Part shown: one piece after another, positions 1 to 12,246 of the stretch | Layout of the letters: the number at the start of each line of letters is the position of its first letter | Numbering within the stretch: the stretch's first letter is position 1 | NCBI RefSeq assembly: GCF_004010195.1 | Contig: NC_057719.1 | Coordinates: forward strand, 78,728,666-78,776,412 | DNA length: 47,747 nt | Direction of reading: 5' to 3' | Source: Chiloscyllium plagiosum | Lineage: Eukaryota | Translations under genes and position numbers: made by a program | Notes under the pieces: generated by a model | Database searches by the model: none | What the model was told of the DNA's origin: nothing | The model's input: the letters and a program-made list of their open reading frames with translations, nothing else

Positions 1-672
1 AGCCAATCAGAGCCCTTCTTTTCAGGAAGCGCCGCAGCCACTGAACTGGGAGGAGGGGTGAACTAACAGTGCCATCAGGGAGATGGTGGCTGCTATCAGT
101 ACTGCACCCACATGAGGCTAAGAATCACGAAGTGAAGGGGGCTGAGGTGAACAATTTCTGATGACAATGGCACGAGATGGAGAGGAGGGTCAACAGGCAG
201 GGTAGGGTCTTTCTCCCAGCACCTCTTACCTCCAGCTGTTCCTGGTGCTGTGACCCTCCATTGGGTATGGAGACTCCTCGAACATGGCATCCATTAAGAC
301 ACCTATGGACCTTAATTGGTGGCAAGGGTGGAAATGAGGGGGCAGCAGCTGCCATCAGATGCCGCACAAATGACTGAACCATGACAGAGGTGGGAAAATG
401 TCAGGCTCCCTACGCACCACCCACTGCCCCATTAACTGCCTCTCACTACTAAACCAGGTACAGGTGAGGGCAGTAACGTCTGCCCATATGAGCAAGCAAA
501 GCTATAATTTTTTTTAAAAATCAATGGTCCGTCATAAACCATTTTAGGGAACTGCAGTTAAAGGAAATAAGTATTTTTGTTTTGGCAGGTCAAACGTACT
601 GGCTCTACAAATACAATGAGCTATGATTATATTTTTCCTGGAGGGTTTGTCCAAGTTAAGATTGGGATATAC

Positions 673-735
673 TGAATTGAATTGAATTGAATTGAATTGA
701 ATTAAACTGAATGATTTATTGTCACTTGTATTCAA
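673..735 (-). repeat. (TGAAT)n microsatellite forming the tail of a minus-strand Rex/L2-like 3' end
   Basis: tgaat repeated about six times, then tttatttgtcacttgta, the reverse complement of the tgtgacaataaa-type terminus seen at about 1240-1266. Confidence 0.6.
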
Positions 736-789
736 CAAATAAATAAATAAACAAATAAATAACAAATGACTAAAAAAAAGCATTCTATC

Positions 790-1266
790 TGGATGCATCA
801 TGGCTCATTATGTCAACTGCTGTACCCAGGACTGTATGAAACTACAGAGATTTGTGAACACAGACCAGACCATCATGGAAGCAAACCTGCCATCCACTGA
901 CATCGTCTATACTTCTTGTTGCCTCCTGATAGCAGCCAACATAATCAAAAATCCCCTTCATCCCAGTTATAATCTCTTCCAACCTCTTCTATCGGGCAGA
1001 AGATACAAAAGCTTAAACACATGTACCAACAGATTCAAGGACAGCTTCTTCCCCGCTGCCATTCAACTTATGAATAGACCTCTCAAACTTTAAATTTAAT
1101 GTTGGCCTCGCTCTTTGTGCACCTTCTGTGCAGCCATAACATTGTATTCCTCGCTCTGTTCTGCTACCCGAATGCACTTTGTATGATATCATCTGCCTGT
1201 ACTACACACAAAACAAAGCTTTTCATTGCACCTAGATACATGTGACAATATTAAATCAAATCAAAT
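790..1266 (+). mobile_element. 3' end of a Rex1/Babar- or L2-like LINE
   Basis: ORF 800-1093 ends LLSGRRYKSLNTCTNRFKDSFFPAAIQLMN, the typical ORF2 C-terminus. The 3' UTR ends acatgtgacaata followed by (aaatc)n. Confidence 0.75.
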
Positions 1267-1659
1267 AAATAGTGAAGTGTGTACTGTATTGCCATTTTCA
1301 GTTACAAGCTTCTGAGTATTGAAAGAAATGAGTGTACCAGAGCTGTGTTGCTCAGGGGATTTTGATGCAGAATAAACCTGTCGTGATCAATCATCGTATT
1401 CACTGCATGATCCAAAATCCATTCAAAGGATGTGGTGAATACAGTAGCAATCTCTCAGAGATGAAATGGTATCAAGTGGCAACAGTGATTGAACTGTGAC
1501 AACAGCCAAGAATATTTTTAGCAGTAAAATCAAAGCATTGCACTACATTTCATTTGGGGTATAGCAACCAAAGTTTTTCAACACGTATTCATTTCATTAA
1601 TTGGAGCCTCTTTACCAGATACCTTAATGGAGCTGGTCTGGAATTTTATTTTGTTAAGG

Positions 1660-1817
1660 AAAGAAAGCAGAATTAATGTTTCAGGTCCAGTGGGTTGAGA
1701 AGTTCTGAAAAAGTGTCACTGTACCCAAAACGTTTACTTTGCCTTCCCTCCACAGCTGTTACCAGGCCTGCTGAGTTTTTCCAATAATTTCTGTTTTTGT
1801 TTCTGATTTCCAGCATT
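1660..1817 (+). mobile_element. Degenerate PLE terminus (family C) with short inverted arm and decayed hammerhead
   Basis: ttctgaaaaagtgtcactgtacccaaaacgtt ... cctgctgagtttttccaataatttctgtttttg; homologous to 37655-37751; preceded by the inverted piece aatgtttcaggtccagtg. Confidence 0.55.
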
Positions 1818-2072
1818 CCTTGTTAAGGGTTGTTTATCCTACAGGCTGTTCCACTTACTTTCAAAATGACCACAGGCGATCAGAGAAGGTCTGAAAACAC
1901 TGCCTCAGGGATGCTGCAGGGTCCAAGTGTCCACCTGATTAAATTGCTCAACAAGTTTACCATGTTTCTGTGACCATTTTGCCATGTGCAGGAAGTGTAT
2001 TGGACAATGCCAGAGGAATCGATTAGTGCCAATTGGCTAAACTTATCAGGGGTTGTGATCATGATAAAGGAG

Positions 2073-2262
2073 AATCACTACAATGGGAAGCAGGCCATTT
2101 GGCCCACTGAGTCCATACCGACCCTCCAAAGAGTATTCCACCCAGAACCCCCATCCCCGCCATCACTGCATTTCCCATGGGTAACCCACCTAACATCCCT
2201 GGATGTATGGGCAATTTAGCATGGCCAATCCACCTAACCTACCTATCTTTGGACTGTGGGGG
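2073..2262 (-). mobile_element. HE1-type V-SINE, 3' half
   Basis: gggcaatttagcatggccaatccacctaacct...atctttggactgtggggg matches the other HE1 copies; cut off where the HER1 piece begins. Confidence 0.85.
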
Positions 2263-2269
2263 GAAATAC

Positions 2270-2846
2270 GAGGAAGATTCAGATAAATGCGAGGTGCTGC
2301 ATTTTGGGAAAGCAAATCTTAGCAGGACTTATACACTTAATGGTAAGGTCCCAGAGAGTGTTGCTGAACAAAGAGACCTTGGAGTGCAGGTTCATAGCTC
2401 CTTGAAAGTAGAGTCGCAGGTAGATAGGATAGTGAAGGCGGCTGGAGTGTCAAAGGCTGAGGGGTGACCTTATAGAGTTTACAAAATTATGAGGGGTACG
2501 GATAGGGTAAATAGGCAAAGACTTTTCCCTGGGGTGGGTGAGTTCAGAACTAGAGGGCATAGGTTTAGGGTGAGAGGGGAAAGATACAAAAGAGACCTAA
2601 GGGGCAACCTTTTCACGTGTATGGAATGAACATGTATGGTACGTGTATGGAATGAGCTGCCAGAGGATGTGGTGGAGGCTGGTACAACATTTAAAAGACA
2701 TCTGGATGGGTATATGTATAGAAAGGGTTTAGAAGATATGGGCCAAGTGCTGGCAAATGGGACGAGATTAATTTAGGATATCTGGTCAGCATGGACAAGT
2801 TGGACCAAAGGGTTAGTTTCTGGGCTGTACATCTCTATGACTGTGA
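2270..2846 (+). mobile_element. CR1/HER1 LINE 3' fragment with internal deletion
   Basis: DKCEVLHFGKANLSRTYTLNGK...QRDLGVQVHSSLKVESQVDRIVK, nearly identical to 36220-36378; tail catctctatgact. Confidence 0.9.
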
Positions 2847-3034
2847 ATGATTGAAGTATAAGGAGGAAGGGGATGCTGAGCAATTGACAGGATCAGCAAC
2901 TCTGGTAGACTTTCCTGCCAAAGATATGGGACCGATAGTAGCAACCAGCTGCAGCATCAATTAAAAGCAGAAAGCTCAACTCAAAGTGGAAGCACAAGTT
3001 TTATGACGTTTCCAATTCTCATCAATTTAGTTCC

Positions 3035-3245
3035 ATCAAAGCACTTTTCAAACCAGCAACCTCTACCATTTTGAATGACAGCAGCATCAGGTTCAGGGAA
3101 CACCGCTGTGTGGAAGTTCTGCTCCAAGTCACACACCATCCTGGCTTAGAACTGTATCATTGTTTCCTCACTGCCATTGGATCAGAATCCAGGAATTTCC
3201 ACTCCTAACAGTACTGTGAGTGTCCCTACATTGTAAGGACCGCAA
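3035..3245 (+). mobile_element. Old CR1/L2-clade LINE 3' fragment
   Basis: gggaacaccgctgtgtggaagttctgctccaagtcacacaccatcctggcttagaac is homologous to 4366-4480. Confidence 0.65.
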
Positions 3246-3248
3246 GAG

Positions 3249-3324
3249 GCAAAAACAGAAATTGCTGGAGAAGCTCTGAGCAAGTCTAGCAGCATCTGTT
3301 AACGTTTTGAATCCAATGACCCTT
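3249..3324 (-). mobile_element. PLE terminus fragment (family C)
   Basis: caaaaacagaaattgctggagaagctc...ctagcagcatctgttaacgttttgaatccaatgaccctt is the reverse complement of the 37655-37751 unit. Confidence 0.6.
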
Positions 3325-3744
3325 GATCTCAGTGAGCTGGATGGCTGGGTTTGTGATGCACAGTGATAGTCTCCACAGGAAAGCACTTTAAGATTTCAGT
3401 TTATACCAAACAACAAAAAAACGCCTGCAATAATAAATTCTCAACAGAGTTGATAAGGATGCAGAGTTGGATTTGTGGTGAAAAGATTATTTTAAATCCA
3501 GCTTGGGACAGTGTCTCAGATGGAAGACTTGTATTTTTGTTGTGCCAATTACAGCTGGTTACCGGGAGGTTTCGAAGGGGTGGTAGGAAGGTTAGTTGGT
3601 AAGGAGAGAGAATTGGATGTTACATTTTGCACTGATTCCCCATCAGCCAATGAAATCAAAGCAACTTCCTGTGACATGAGAGGAAAGGGACTTTAGGACA
3701 ATCGTACCACTGAAATGAATAAAAAATATACCCTTAGGGTAGTG

Positions 3745-4860
3745 TCCTAAGCTGCTACATTGCATAATGTTCAGCACCACTTGCAATTCCCCAGATACTA
3801 AAGCAGTCTGTGTCCATATACAGCAAGACCCAGTCAACATCCAGGTTGTGCTGATAAGTTGTAAATGACATAAGCATTGGCCATCTCCAACAAGAGAAAA
3901 TTGAACTGTAACCCCTTGACATAATGGCACCACTGCTGGTGAATCCCCCACTACCAGAATCCTGAGGTGCTACTATTTACAAGAAAGTGAATCAATCCAG
4001 CCTTATAAATATTGTGACTACCAGGGCAGGTCAGAGTCTTGCACTTCAGTGGTGAATAATTCATCTTCTGCCTCCCCAAAGCCTGTCCATCATTTACAAG
4101 GCACAAGGCAGGAGTGTGATGGAATACTGTTCACTTTTCTGTATGCATGCAGCTCCAGCAACACTCAAAGAAACTTCTGAGAGAAATTAGCCCACATAAT
4201 TGAGTCCCTATCCACCACCTTCAAAATGTACTTCTTTCAGCGCCAACATGTAGAGCAACAATGGGTACCATCTGTAAATGCAGTACAGTAGTTCACCAAC
4301 CCTCCTTCAATAAAACATTCCAATCTTGTGACCTCTACGAACTATAAGGATTCGTTGTAACGGTGTGGAAACACCACTACCTGCAAGTTCCTCTCCACTT
4401 TACACACCACCCTGAATGGGAGCTGAATCAGTATTCCTTTACTGTCATTGGGTCAACATACTGGAAATCCCTCCCTACTAGCATTCTGGGTGTCTCTATA
4501 CCACAAGGGCAATAGTGGTACATAAAGGTAGCTCAAAACCTACACCAGGGTAATAATAGGTGGGCAATAAATGCTGGCCCAGCCAGTGAAACCCACATCT
4601 CAAGAACCAGACTAGCTATATAAATCTGTGGCTACAAAATCAGATCAGAGGCTAGGAATCCTGCAGCGTGTAACTCATTGTGAGTGAGTTTGACACCATT
4701 CAGGACAAAGCACCCCCACTTCACTGGCACCACATCTACAAACATCCATTCCCTCCATCACCAACACTCATTAGCAGCAGTGTATACCATCTACAAGACG
4801 CATTGCAGAAGATCACCAAGGCTGCTTAAGCAACACCTACCAGTCCACATCCCATAAATG
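3745..4860 (+). mobile_element. Old CR1/L2-clade LINE: RT to 3' end, followed by a second internally deleted copy
   Basis: Decayed RT C-terminal region (atttacaaggcacaaggcaggagtgtgatggaatac, reading IYKAQGRSVMEY) and terminus aataaatgctggcccagccagtgaaacccacatc; 4612-4860 repeats parts of 4000-4330. Confidence 0.7.
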
Positions 4861-4941
4861 AATATTTTAAAAAGTTGCTCAATAAATTGTTCATTGTAAA
4901 TCTGATATCAGTGGGTATTTGTTAACCTGAGGTGTTCAGGG

Positions 4942-5272
4942 ATTAGATTCGATTCCCTACAGTGTGGAAACAGGCCTTTCAGCCCAACAAGTCCACACTC
5001 ACCCTCCAAAGAGTAAATCACCCAGACTAATTCCCCTACCCTATATTTACCCCTCACTAATGCACCCAACACTATGGGCAATTTAGCATGGTCAATTCAC
5101 CTGACCTTCACATCTTTGGACTGTGGGAGGAAACTGGAACACCCGGAGGAAACCCATGCAGACACGGGGGAGAATGTGTAAATTCCACACAGACAGTTGT
5201 CTGAGGTGGAAATCGAAGCCAGGTCCCTGGCGCTGTGAGGCAGCAGTGCCTATCACTGAGTCATCGTGCCAT
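4942..5272 (-). mobile_element. HE1-type V-SINE, full length
   Basis: The minus strand starts with a tRNA-like head (ggcacgatgactcagtg...), continues through the V-domain tctccccgtgtctgcatgggtttcctccggg and ends in the HER1-like tail. Confidence 0.92.
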
Positions 5273-5479
5273 ACTTTTTTTTCATATTTTATTAACCCCA
5301 CCATTTGTACTATTTTAAACTTAAGGTATAGAATGGGTTTTAACCAATTAGATTCCCTACATAATGATGGACCTGAGGTAAAGGTGGCTATGTAGAGTTG
5401 GATTGCAGATCAGCCAAGATTTCACTGAATGGTAGACAAGGCCTGAGGAGCTAAATAGACTTGGCTGTCAATGAAATGA

Positions 5480-5790
5480 AATTAGTGATGTACAAGAGGC
5501 CAGAACTGGAAGGGCAGGGAGATCTCAGAAGGTTGAAGTGCTGAAGGAGCTTACAGAGATGGAAGGATGAGGCAGTTGATGGATTTGAAAATAAATGTTA
5601 GGAGATGAAAATATTAGAAGCAAGGCACTGCTGTCCCAGCGGCCAGTGACAATCAATCAGCACAAAAACAATGGGTGACCATAGCTAATGAGTTAACATA
5701 TGAGGGGAGGTGTTGTGTACGAACTCAGTTTTATAGAAAGTGAAAATGGGTGGCCATCCAGAAAATTGGAATAATCAAGTTTAGAATTGG
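5480..5790 (-). mobile_element. Highly decayed L2-like LINE fragment
   Basis: Purine-rich antisense L2-type RT pattern (agcttacagagatggaagg, gatggatttgaaaataaat, ttggaataatcaagtttaga). Confidence 0.4.
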
Positions 5791-7477
5791 CTGTCATTAG
5801 TTTTCTTCAGGAAGCTGACCCCACATCTCCATATGACCAAAAACTACCCTTCTGTTGGAATGAATCCTCTTCTCAACTCAAGCTGCCTGTGAGCCCGGGC
5901 TATCTGTCCTTTCTGTGCGACGTAGATATTTTACCTTGTAAACACAACAGCTGTTACATTCCCAGATAGCTTGTTAGCTATTGAACTTCAGTCACATACT
6001 TTGTTTGAAAGGCTGCTTTGAACTCCTTGTTCAATAAAATGAGTTTCTGACCTTTACAAAATAAGATGCTTTCACAGAGCCGAAAACCAACACATCCGTT
6101 TATTTCTTCTTTAAAGTCAAATTCGCAAATGATAAAAGTTTTTTTTAGAAACGTTCATCACAACAGGTATGCAGCGATGTCAGTAAGGGTCACATCACAG
6201 CCTCTAGATACATTGAAGATGAGGAAAAATACAGGGTCACCCTCACGAACACAAACTCTGTGCTGACATTCCACTGAAGTGACTGCTATAGAAAACAGGA
6301 GGTTCAAACACAGGCTCTGGGAAGGATCGGTATGTTAGGAGATGAAAATATTAGAAGCAAGGCACTGCTGTCCCAGTGGCCAGTGACAAAATATTCAAGA
6401 ATCTTTGAGTTTTTGGTGCCGTCTCCACACAGGATGAAAGTGGCATTTTCAAACCTCCTTAAATATTAGGAAGTATGAAGCAAGTGTTCATCACAATCAT
6501 CAAACATGAAATTTGAGTTTTATATCTTATGAATGAATAGTCAGGTTAATTCCTACTAAGTGATATGCAATCAGAAATCTAATTATGTGTGGGATTTTGG
6601 GGATAGCCATTTATCCTTCCCCTGATGATGAGGAAATTGTGAGGAATCTGAGTAATATATTCGATTTATCTTCCTGTTGCATGCATTGCTAATGAGAAAG
6701 GTGTGGAAAATAAACCACACACAACAAATTCATTGTGTTGCAATTGTAGCAATTTGACTGCTCATGCTAGTCTAAGCAAGACTAGGTAGTGTCCTTGAGC
6801 TCCGATGTGGCTCCTATTAATTCTATCTTTTTAACATGGTCCTCTGATGTCAGCACATCTATCCACATCTAATGAATATATGAATACATTTCCCTTACAT
6901 GCCACACACTAAGTGACATCCTAACATTTTCCCTAAACACACCTCCCCAATCCGATCAATCTCCAATTATTGTTCTTTCTGCATGAAGGTCAAATTTGGC
7001 CTTCACTCTCTTATTCTGCCACACAGCTATCTCAATTCATTCTTTCTACTCTCTGTATACCTCCATCTTTTATCCTGTTGATTAATCAACACAGTTTTTC
7101 ATTACTTCCCACAGTTACTGAGTTGAGTTGCATCAATATTCCAACGCAGGCATTGTCCTGTGGAACCATTTAATCCAGTGGAGAATTAGAATAATGAATT
7201 TGTATTCTGATATGGCTACTGCTGAATTTAATGTGCTATCATTTTCTTAATTTAGAATTTTCTTAATTTACTCATTGACCTTAATTGTGCCAAACGTTGG
7301 AAGAGGTGGGAAGGAGGAGGGTTTAATGCTATTTACTGTCCTGGGAATGATGGTGAAATCAAAGAATCTTTAGATGCTGAAGCAGAATACTTACTATCAG
7401 TTGTTATATTCTAGAAGTGTAGATCCAAACGTTGGGAACAGTGGTTGAAAAGAGCAAGGATGACTTAGCAAGAGATA

Positions 7478-7640
7478 GTTAAAAATCACACAACACCAGC
7501 TTTATAGTCCAGCAGGTTTATTTGGAAGAACCAGCTGTTGGAGCGCTGCTCCTTCATCAGGTGTCTGTGGAGCAGCATCATAAGACACAGAATTCACAGC
7601 AAAACATCACAGTGTAATGCATGCAACTGATACGATATAT
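7478..7640 (-). mobile_element. PLE terminus (family B) with decayed hammerhead
   Basis: aaaaatcacacaacaccagctttatagtccagcaggtttatttgg...ggagcgctgctccttcatcaggtg; the minus strand reads CTGATGA-aggagcagcgctcc-aaca, with GAAA mutated. Confidence 0.75.
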
Positions 7641-8600
7641 ACAAGATGGTTAAGAGGCGAAAGAAAATGCATTTTCTCATTAAATAGTTCAAAATATTGA
7701 ATTATTCTAAAAACATGGTCCTAGAATGGGATGTGCGGATAGATAACTACATAAGTGTGATAAAAGCTATAGAAGAGAGTTGGTTCACCAATGATCCTTT
7801 TTACTCTGCCAGTAAGGGGACTGCTGTCCAAACCAAGGTTTGGATATTTCAGATGCATCTCAATGAGAAAGAAAAGTGAGAAACAGTGACGACAGACCAT
7901 AACAATTTGGAAACAGTTAACATTGTAAAAAGGAGGAATTCCAGCGAAGATGATCAGACAGTGGAAACACTAGCTTCAGTAAGGATCAATAAAAGTGCAA
8001 GTTGTTGTTGTTCACTGCATTCCTGTCAGCAGTGATATGTTGAAGTGCTGTGGAAATATAGTCAGTGACTGTAGAGAGCTGAGCTGCTGCAGTGGTACAG
8101 AGCCCAGCACAGACTCTCATCTGTTTTCCATCAGTGTCAGATTCAACTCCTCTGTTATGTTCTTTAGGAATGAACACAGGCTTCTGCACTGGAATGTGGC
8201 TTTAAAACTGGTAAATTGGTTAAATTGGGAGGGGACAGTGTCATCAAAATGTGAGAGACAATGGAGAAGTTAGTAACGTAATAGCCTAGATTTCCCTTTG
8301 CCGCTGCTTGTAAAATACCTTTCTGACCGAACAATACTGTCCATTTCATCTGAGATATTTTGATCCTTGCTGAAGCAGAACTGGGAAGTGCAGGGGCACT
8401 CTAGGGTGATTCCAATGGGTAGAGGGGCATTGGAGGAAGGAAAGGTCACTCTCCCTCCATTTACGACAGGTTCTCCCGTCTTGAGGTATGTTTTTAAATG
8501 TCTTTAAATGCCTTTTAACGAATGATTGCAAGTGAATGAATGGGGGAGTAAATCCATGAGTGAATGAATGAGGAGTTGGATGGAGTGGATGAGGGCATGG

Positions 8601-9076
8601 GAATCATAGAATCCCTACAGTGCACAGAGATCATTCGGCCTATTGAGTCTGCACGGACCCTATGAAGAGCATCCCACCCTATCCCCACGTTAACCCACCT
8701 TGCCTGTACTTCCCTGAACACTTTGGGACAATTTAGCATAACCAATCCACCTAACCTGTTTCGGAGGAGCTGCTGTTGGACTGGGATGTACAAAGGTTAA
8801 AATCACACAACAGCACATTGTAGTTCAACAGGTTTATTTGGAGGCACTGGCTGTTGAAGCGTTGCTTCTTCATCAGCTGATCACCTGATGAAGACCAAAA
8901 CCTGATTTTTAACTTTGTCCACCTAAGCTGCACATCTTTGGACTGGAGTTGGAAACTGGAGCACCCAGAGGAAACCCATGTAGACACGGGGAGAACATGC
9001 AAACTCCACACAGCCAGTTGCCCAAGGCTGAAATCCCTAGCACTGTGAGGCAGCAATGCTAACCACTGTGTCACCC
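8601..9076 (-). mobile_element. HE1-type V-SINE interrupted by a family-B PLE unit
   Basis: HE1 sequence at 8601-8758 and 8918-9076 joins seamlessly across the insert. Confidence 0.88.
8759..8917. mobile_element. Family-B PLE-derived fold-back insert with 13-bp TSD
   Basis: Flanks tccacctaacctg (8746-8758) and tccacctaagctg (8918-8930); centre cttcatcagctgatcacctgatgaag holds opposed CTGATGA motifs. Confidence 0.75.
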
Positions 9077-10106
9077 AAAATGCAAACATGAGTGAGCTCA
9101 GTTAGATTGGGGTTACTTGGGTCTGATAAGGAGGCAGTCGGGTGCTCGGAGGGTATTCAGTTTTTATGTGTGACCCAGGCGATGAGATGAGTCAAATCCC
9201 ATCAGGGAGTAGCTGGGTGGTCAGGGCTAGTTGGTTAGTTGGAGATAAGCAGACAGCTTGGATTATGGAGTTGGTAAAGCAGTCAGAATAGTTGATATCA
9301 GGAGGTGGGTGATGGAGGCATTAATGTATGGCCATTCTCATTGTTAAGGTTTGTTAATGTCCTTGAAGGCTAAAAGGAACAAGGGATGGATATTTTAATT
9401 ATCTTCAATTCACATATTACTGGGGAGCAGAAGTGACAGAGTTTGGGAGTAAGATTGAGCAAGACAATAAACTCTCTCTATGTTAATCAGTGTGTCATGG
9501 TTTCTATCCCACCTACTAAATTGTATTCTATTAACAAGGATCTGGTTTATTTTGTAGTTGTTTGTAGGCATCACTATCCTTTATTATAATTTTTATACTG
9601 TTATCATTTATCACTGTCTTGTCAAATTCACCTCATTACTTACTATCACACACAATTTCTACCACTACTTACCAGAACAACTCACTAATCAATGGTTATC
9701 CCAGAATTCACTGGTATCCTTTGCTCCCCCACCATCTTTAAAATCGCACTGGGGAACCCAGACAAGCTCTGTCAGTTGGAGCAATGTGAACGGTTTCTGG
9801 TATTTGCCCCAGACATGGCAGACAGGGAGAAATTGGTGCCCTGAGTTTTCCCCCAACTCCCATTGACTTTTTATTTTGCTAGCGCTCCTTGATGCCTTAC
9901 CCAGTCAAGTACAGCCTTGATGTTAGAGGCAGTCATCTCACCTCCCCTCTGGGGTTCAGGTGTTTTGTCCATGTTCAGACCAAAGTTATAATCAAGTCAG
10001 GAGCTGTGTGGTCTTGGTGGAACCCACCCTGAATGTCGGTGAGCAGGTAATTGCAGAGGAAGATCCGCTCCAATGTCAGTGACACCTTCTGTCATTTTTG
10101 CATAGA

Positions 10107-10436
10107 CTCATAGAATCCCTACAGTGTGGAAACAGACTGTTTGGCCCAACAAGTCCATACCGACCCTCTGAAGAGTAAGCCACCCATACTCATTCCCTTA
10201 CCCTATATTTCCCCTGACTAATGTGCCTAAACCACACATCCCTGGACACTATGGACAACTTAGCATGGCCAATTCACCTGACCTGCACATCTTTGGACTG
10301 TGGGAGGAAATCGGAGCATCCAGAGGAAACCCACGCAGACGCAGGGAAAATGTGCAAACTCCACACAGGTAGAATCGAACCCAGGTCCCTGGTTCTGTAA
10401 GGCAACAGTGCTGACTACTGAGCCACTGTGCCACCA
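10107..10436 (-). mobile_element. HE1-type V-SINE, near full length
   Basis: The minus strand starts ggtggcacagtggctcagtagtcagcactg and includes V-domain and tail. Confidence 0.92.
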
Positions 10437-10467
10437 TTTTTCTGATGATTGAGAGTTGACTAATGAG

Positions 10468-10976
10468 CCATTTGGAATATTGTGAGCAGATTTGGGCCCC
10501 ATATCTAAAGAAGGATATATTGGTCTTGGAGATGAAGGGTTTGTCATGAGGAGCGATTAAGGACTCTGGGCCTGCACTCATAAGAGTTTAGAAGGATGAG
10601 GAGGATCTCATTGAAACTTACAGAATACTGAGAGGTCTGGATAGAGCAGATGTGGAGACAAAGTATCCTCATGTAGGAAAGACAAGGACCCAAGGGTACA
10701 GCCGCAGAATGAAAGGACGACACTTTAGCACTAAGATGAGGAGGAACATCTTCAGCCAGAGGCCGTTATCTGTGGAAATCATTGCCACTAAAGGCTGTGG
10801 AGGCAAAGTCATTGAGTGCATTTAAAATTGAGATGGATAGGTTCTTGGTTGGCAAGGGGATCAAGGGTTACAGAGAGAAGGCAGGAGGTTGGGATTGAGA
10901 TACATATCAGCCATTATCAAATGACGGAGCAAACTCAGTGGGCCGAGTGGCCTAATTCTGCTTCTAGATCTTATGG
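10468..10976 (+). mobile_element. CR1 LINE 3' end (non-HER1 subfamily)
   Basis: catttggaatattgtgagcagatttgggccccatatcta reads HLEYCEQIWAPYL; terminus gggccgagtggcctaattctgcttctagatcttatgg. Confidence 0.85.
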
Positions 10977-11189
10977 AGGCAATAATTGGCCAGGTTGGAT
11001 TTATGTGTCCTCTGGTTCGTGGCCAGGTTTACCTGGCTGTTTTCCACATTGTTGGGTAAAGGCTCATGTTGGAGCTCTGTTGGAATACCTGGCGAGGCCT
11101 CTGTACTATTTTGTCAGCGTCCATCATCTGTGTGGTATCCAGCTGCATCAGCAATTCTCAAATTCACTAAATAGTGGCACCTGTGATGC

Positions 11190-11260
11190 TGGCTCCTTGG
11201 ATGCTGCCTGAACTGCTGTGCTTTTCCAGCACCACTCTAATCTAAACTCTGGTTTTCAGC
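11190..11260 (+). mobile_element. PLE terminus fragment (family A)
   Basis: gctccttggatgctgcctgaactgctgtgcttttccagcaccactctaatcta matches the other family-A termini. Confidence 0.75.
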
Positions 11261-11262
11261 AG

Positions 11263-12246
11263 GGTAAAAACAATGACTGCAGATACTGGAAACCAGATTA
11301 TGGATTAGAGGTGCTGGAAGAGCACAGCAGTTCAGGCAGTATCCGAGGAGCAGCGAAATCGACGTTTCGGGCAAAAGCCCTTCATCAGGAATAAAGGCAG
11401 AGAGCCTGAAGCGTGGAGAGATAAGCTAGAGGAGGGTGGGGGTGGGGAGAAAGTAGCACAGAGTACAATAGGTGAGTGGGGGAGGGTNNNNNNNNNNNNN
11501 NNNNNNNNNNNNNNNNNNNNNNNNNNNNNNNNNNNNNNNNNNNNNNNNNNNNNNNNNNNNNNNNNNNNNNNNNNNNNNNNNNNNNNNNNNNNNNNNNNNN
11601 NNNNNNNNNNNNNNNNNNNNNNNNNNNNNNNNNNNNNNNNNNNNNNNNNNNNNNNNNNNNNNNNNNNNNNNNNNNNNNNNNNNNNNNNNNNNNNNNNNNN
11701 NNNNNNNNNNNNNNNNNNNNNNNNNNNNNNNNNNNNNNNNNNNNNNNNNNNNNNNNNNNNNNNNNNNNNNNNNNNNNNNNNNNNNNNNNTGCGGTGGCAG
11801 GGGAAGGTGCCAGGATGGGAGGGTGGGTCGTAGGGGGGCGTGGACCTGACCAGGTAGTCACGGAGGGAACGGTCTTTGCGGAAGGCGGAGAGGGGTGGGG
11901 AGGGAAATATATCCCTGGTGGTGGGGTCTTTTTGGAGGCGGCGGAAATGTCGGCGGATGATTTGGTTTATGCGAAGGTTGGTAGGGTGGAAGGTGAGCAC
12001 CAGGGGCGTTCTGTCCTTGTTACGGGCAGAGGGGTGGGGTCTGAGGGCGGAGGTGCGGGATGTGGACGAGATGCGTTGGAGGGCATCTTTAACCAAGTGG
12101 GAAGGGAAATTGCGGTCTCTAAAGAAGGAGGCTTTTGCCTGAAACGTCGATTTTACTGCTCCTCGGATGCTGCCTGAACTGCTGTGCTCTTCCAGCACCA
12201 CTAATCCAGAATCTGGTTTCAAGCATTTGCAGTCATTGTTTTAACC
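11263..12246 (-). mobile_element. 5'-truncated Penelope-like element with inverted terminal (pLTR) repeats
   Basis: Minus ORF SFFRDRNFPSHLVKDALQRI...PLVLTFHPTNLRINQIIRRHF...PPLSAFRKDRSLRDYLVRS...GTFPC is the PLE thumb/linker upstream of GIY-YIG. Inverted repeats lie at about 11263-11380 and 12130-12246; N gap at 11488-11789. Confidence 0.88.
11357..11392 (-). ncRNA. Minimal type-I hammerhead ribozyme motif, core intact
   Basis: Minus strand attc-CTGATGA-a-gggc(tttt)gccc-GAAA-cg-TC-gatt; predicted cleavage after the C at 11361; stem I is short with one mismatch. Confidence 0.75.

Larger units (their letters stand above)
9882..11098 (-). mobile_element. Old CR1/L2-clade RT fragment split by two younger insertions
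   Basis: Pieces at about 9882-10100, 10437-10467 and 10978-11098 read as one antisense RT stretch (cagccttgatgttagaggcagtc, ctgatgattgagagttgactaatg, ttggccaggttggattt, tttccacattgttggg). Confidence 0.6.
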
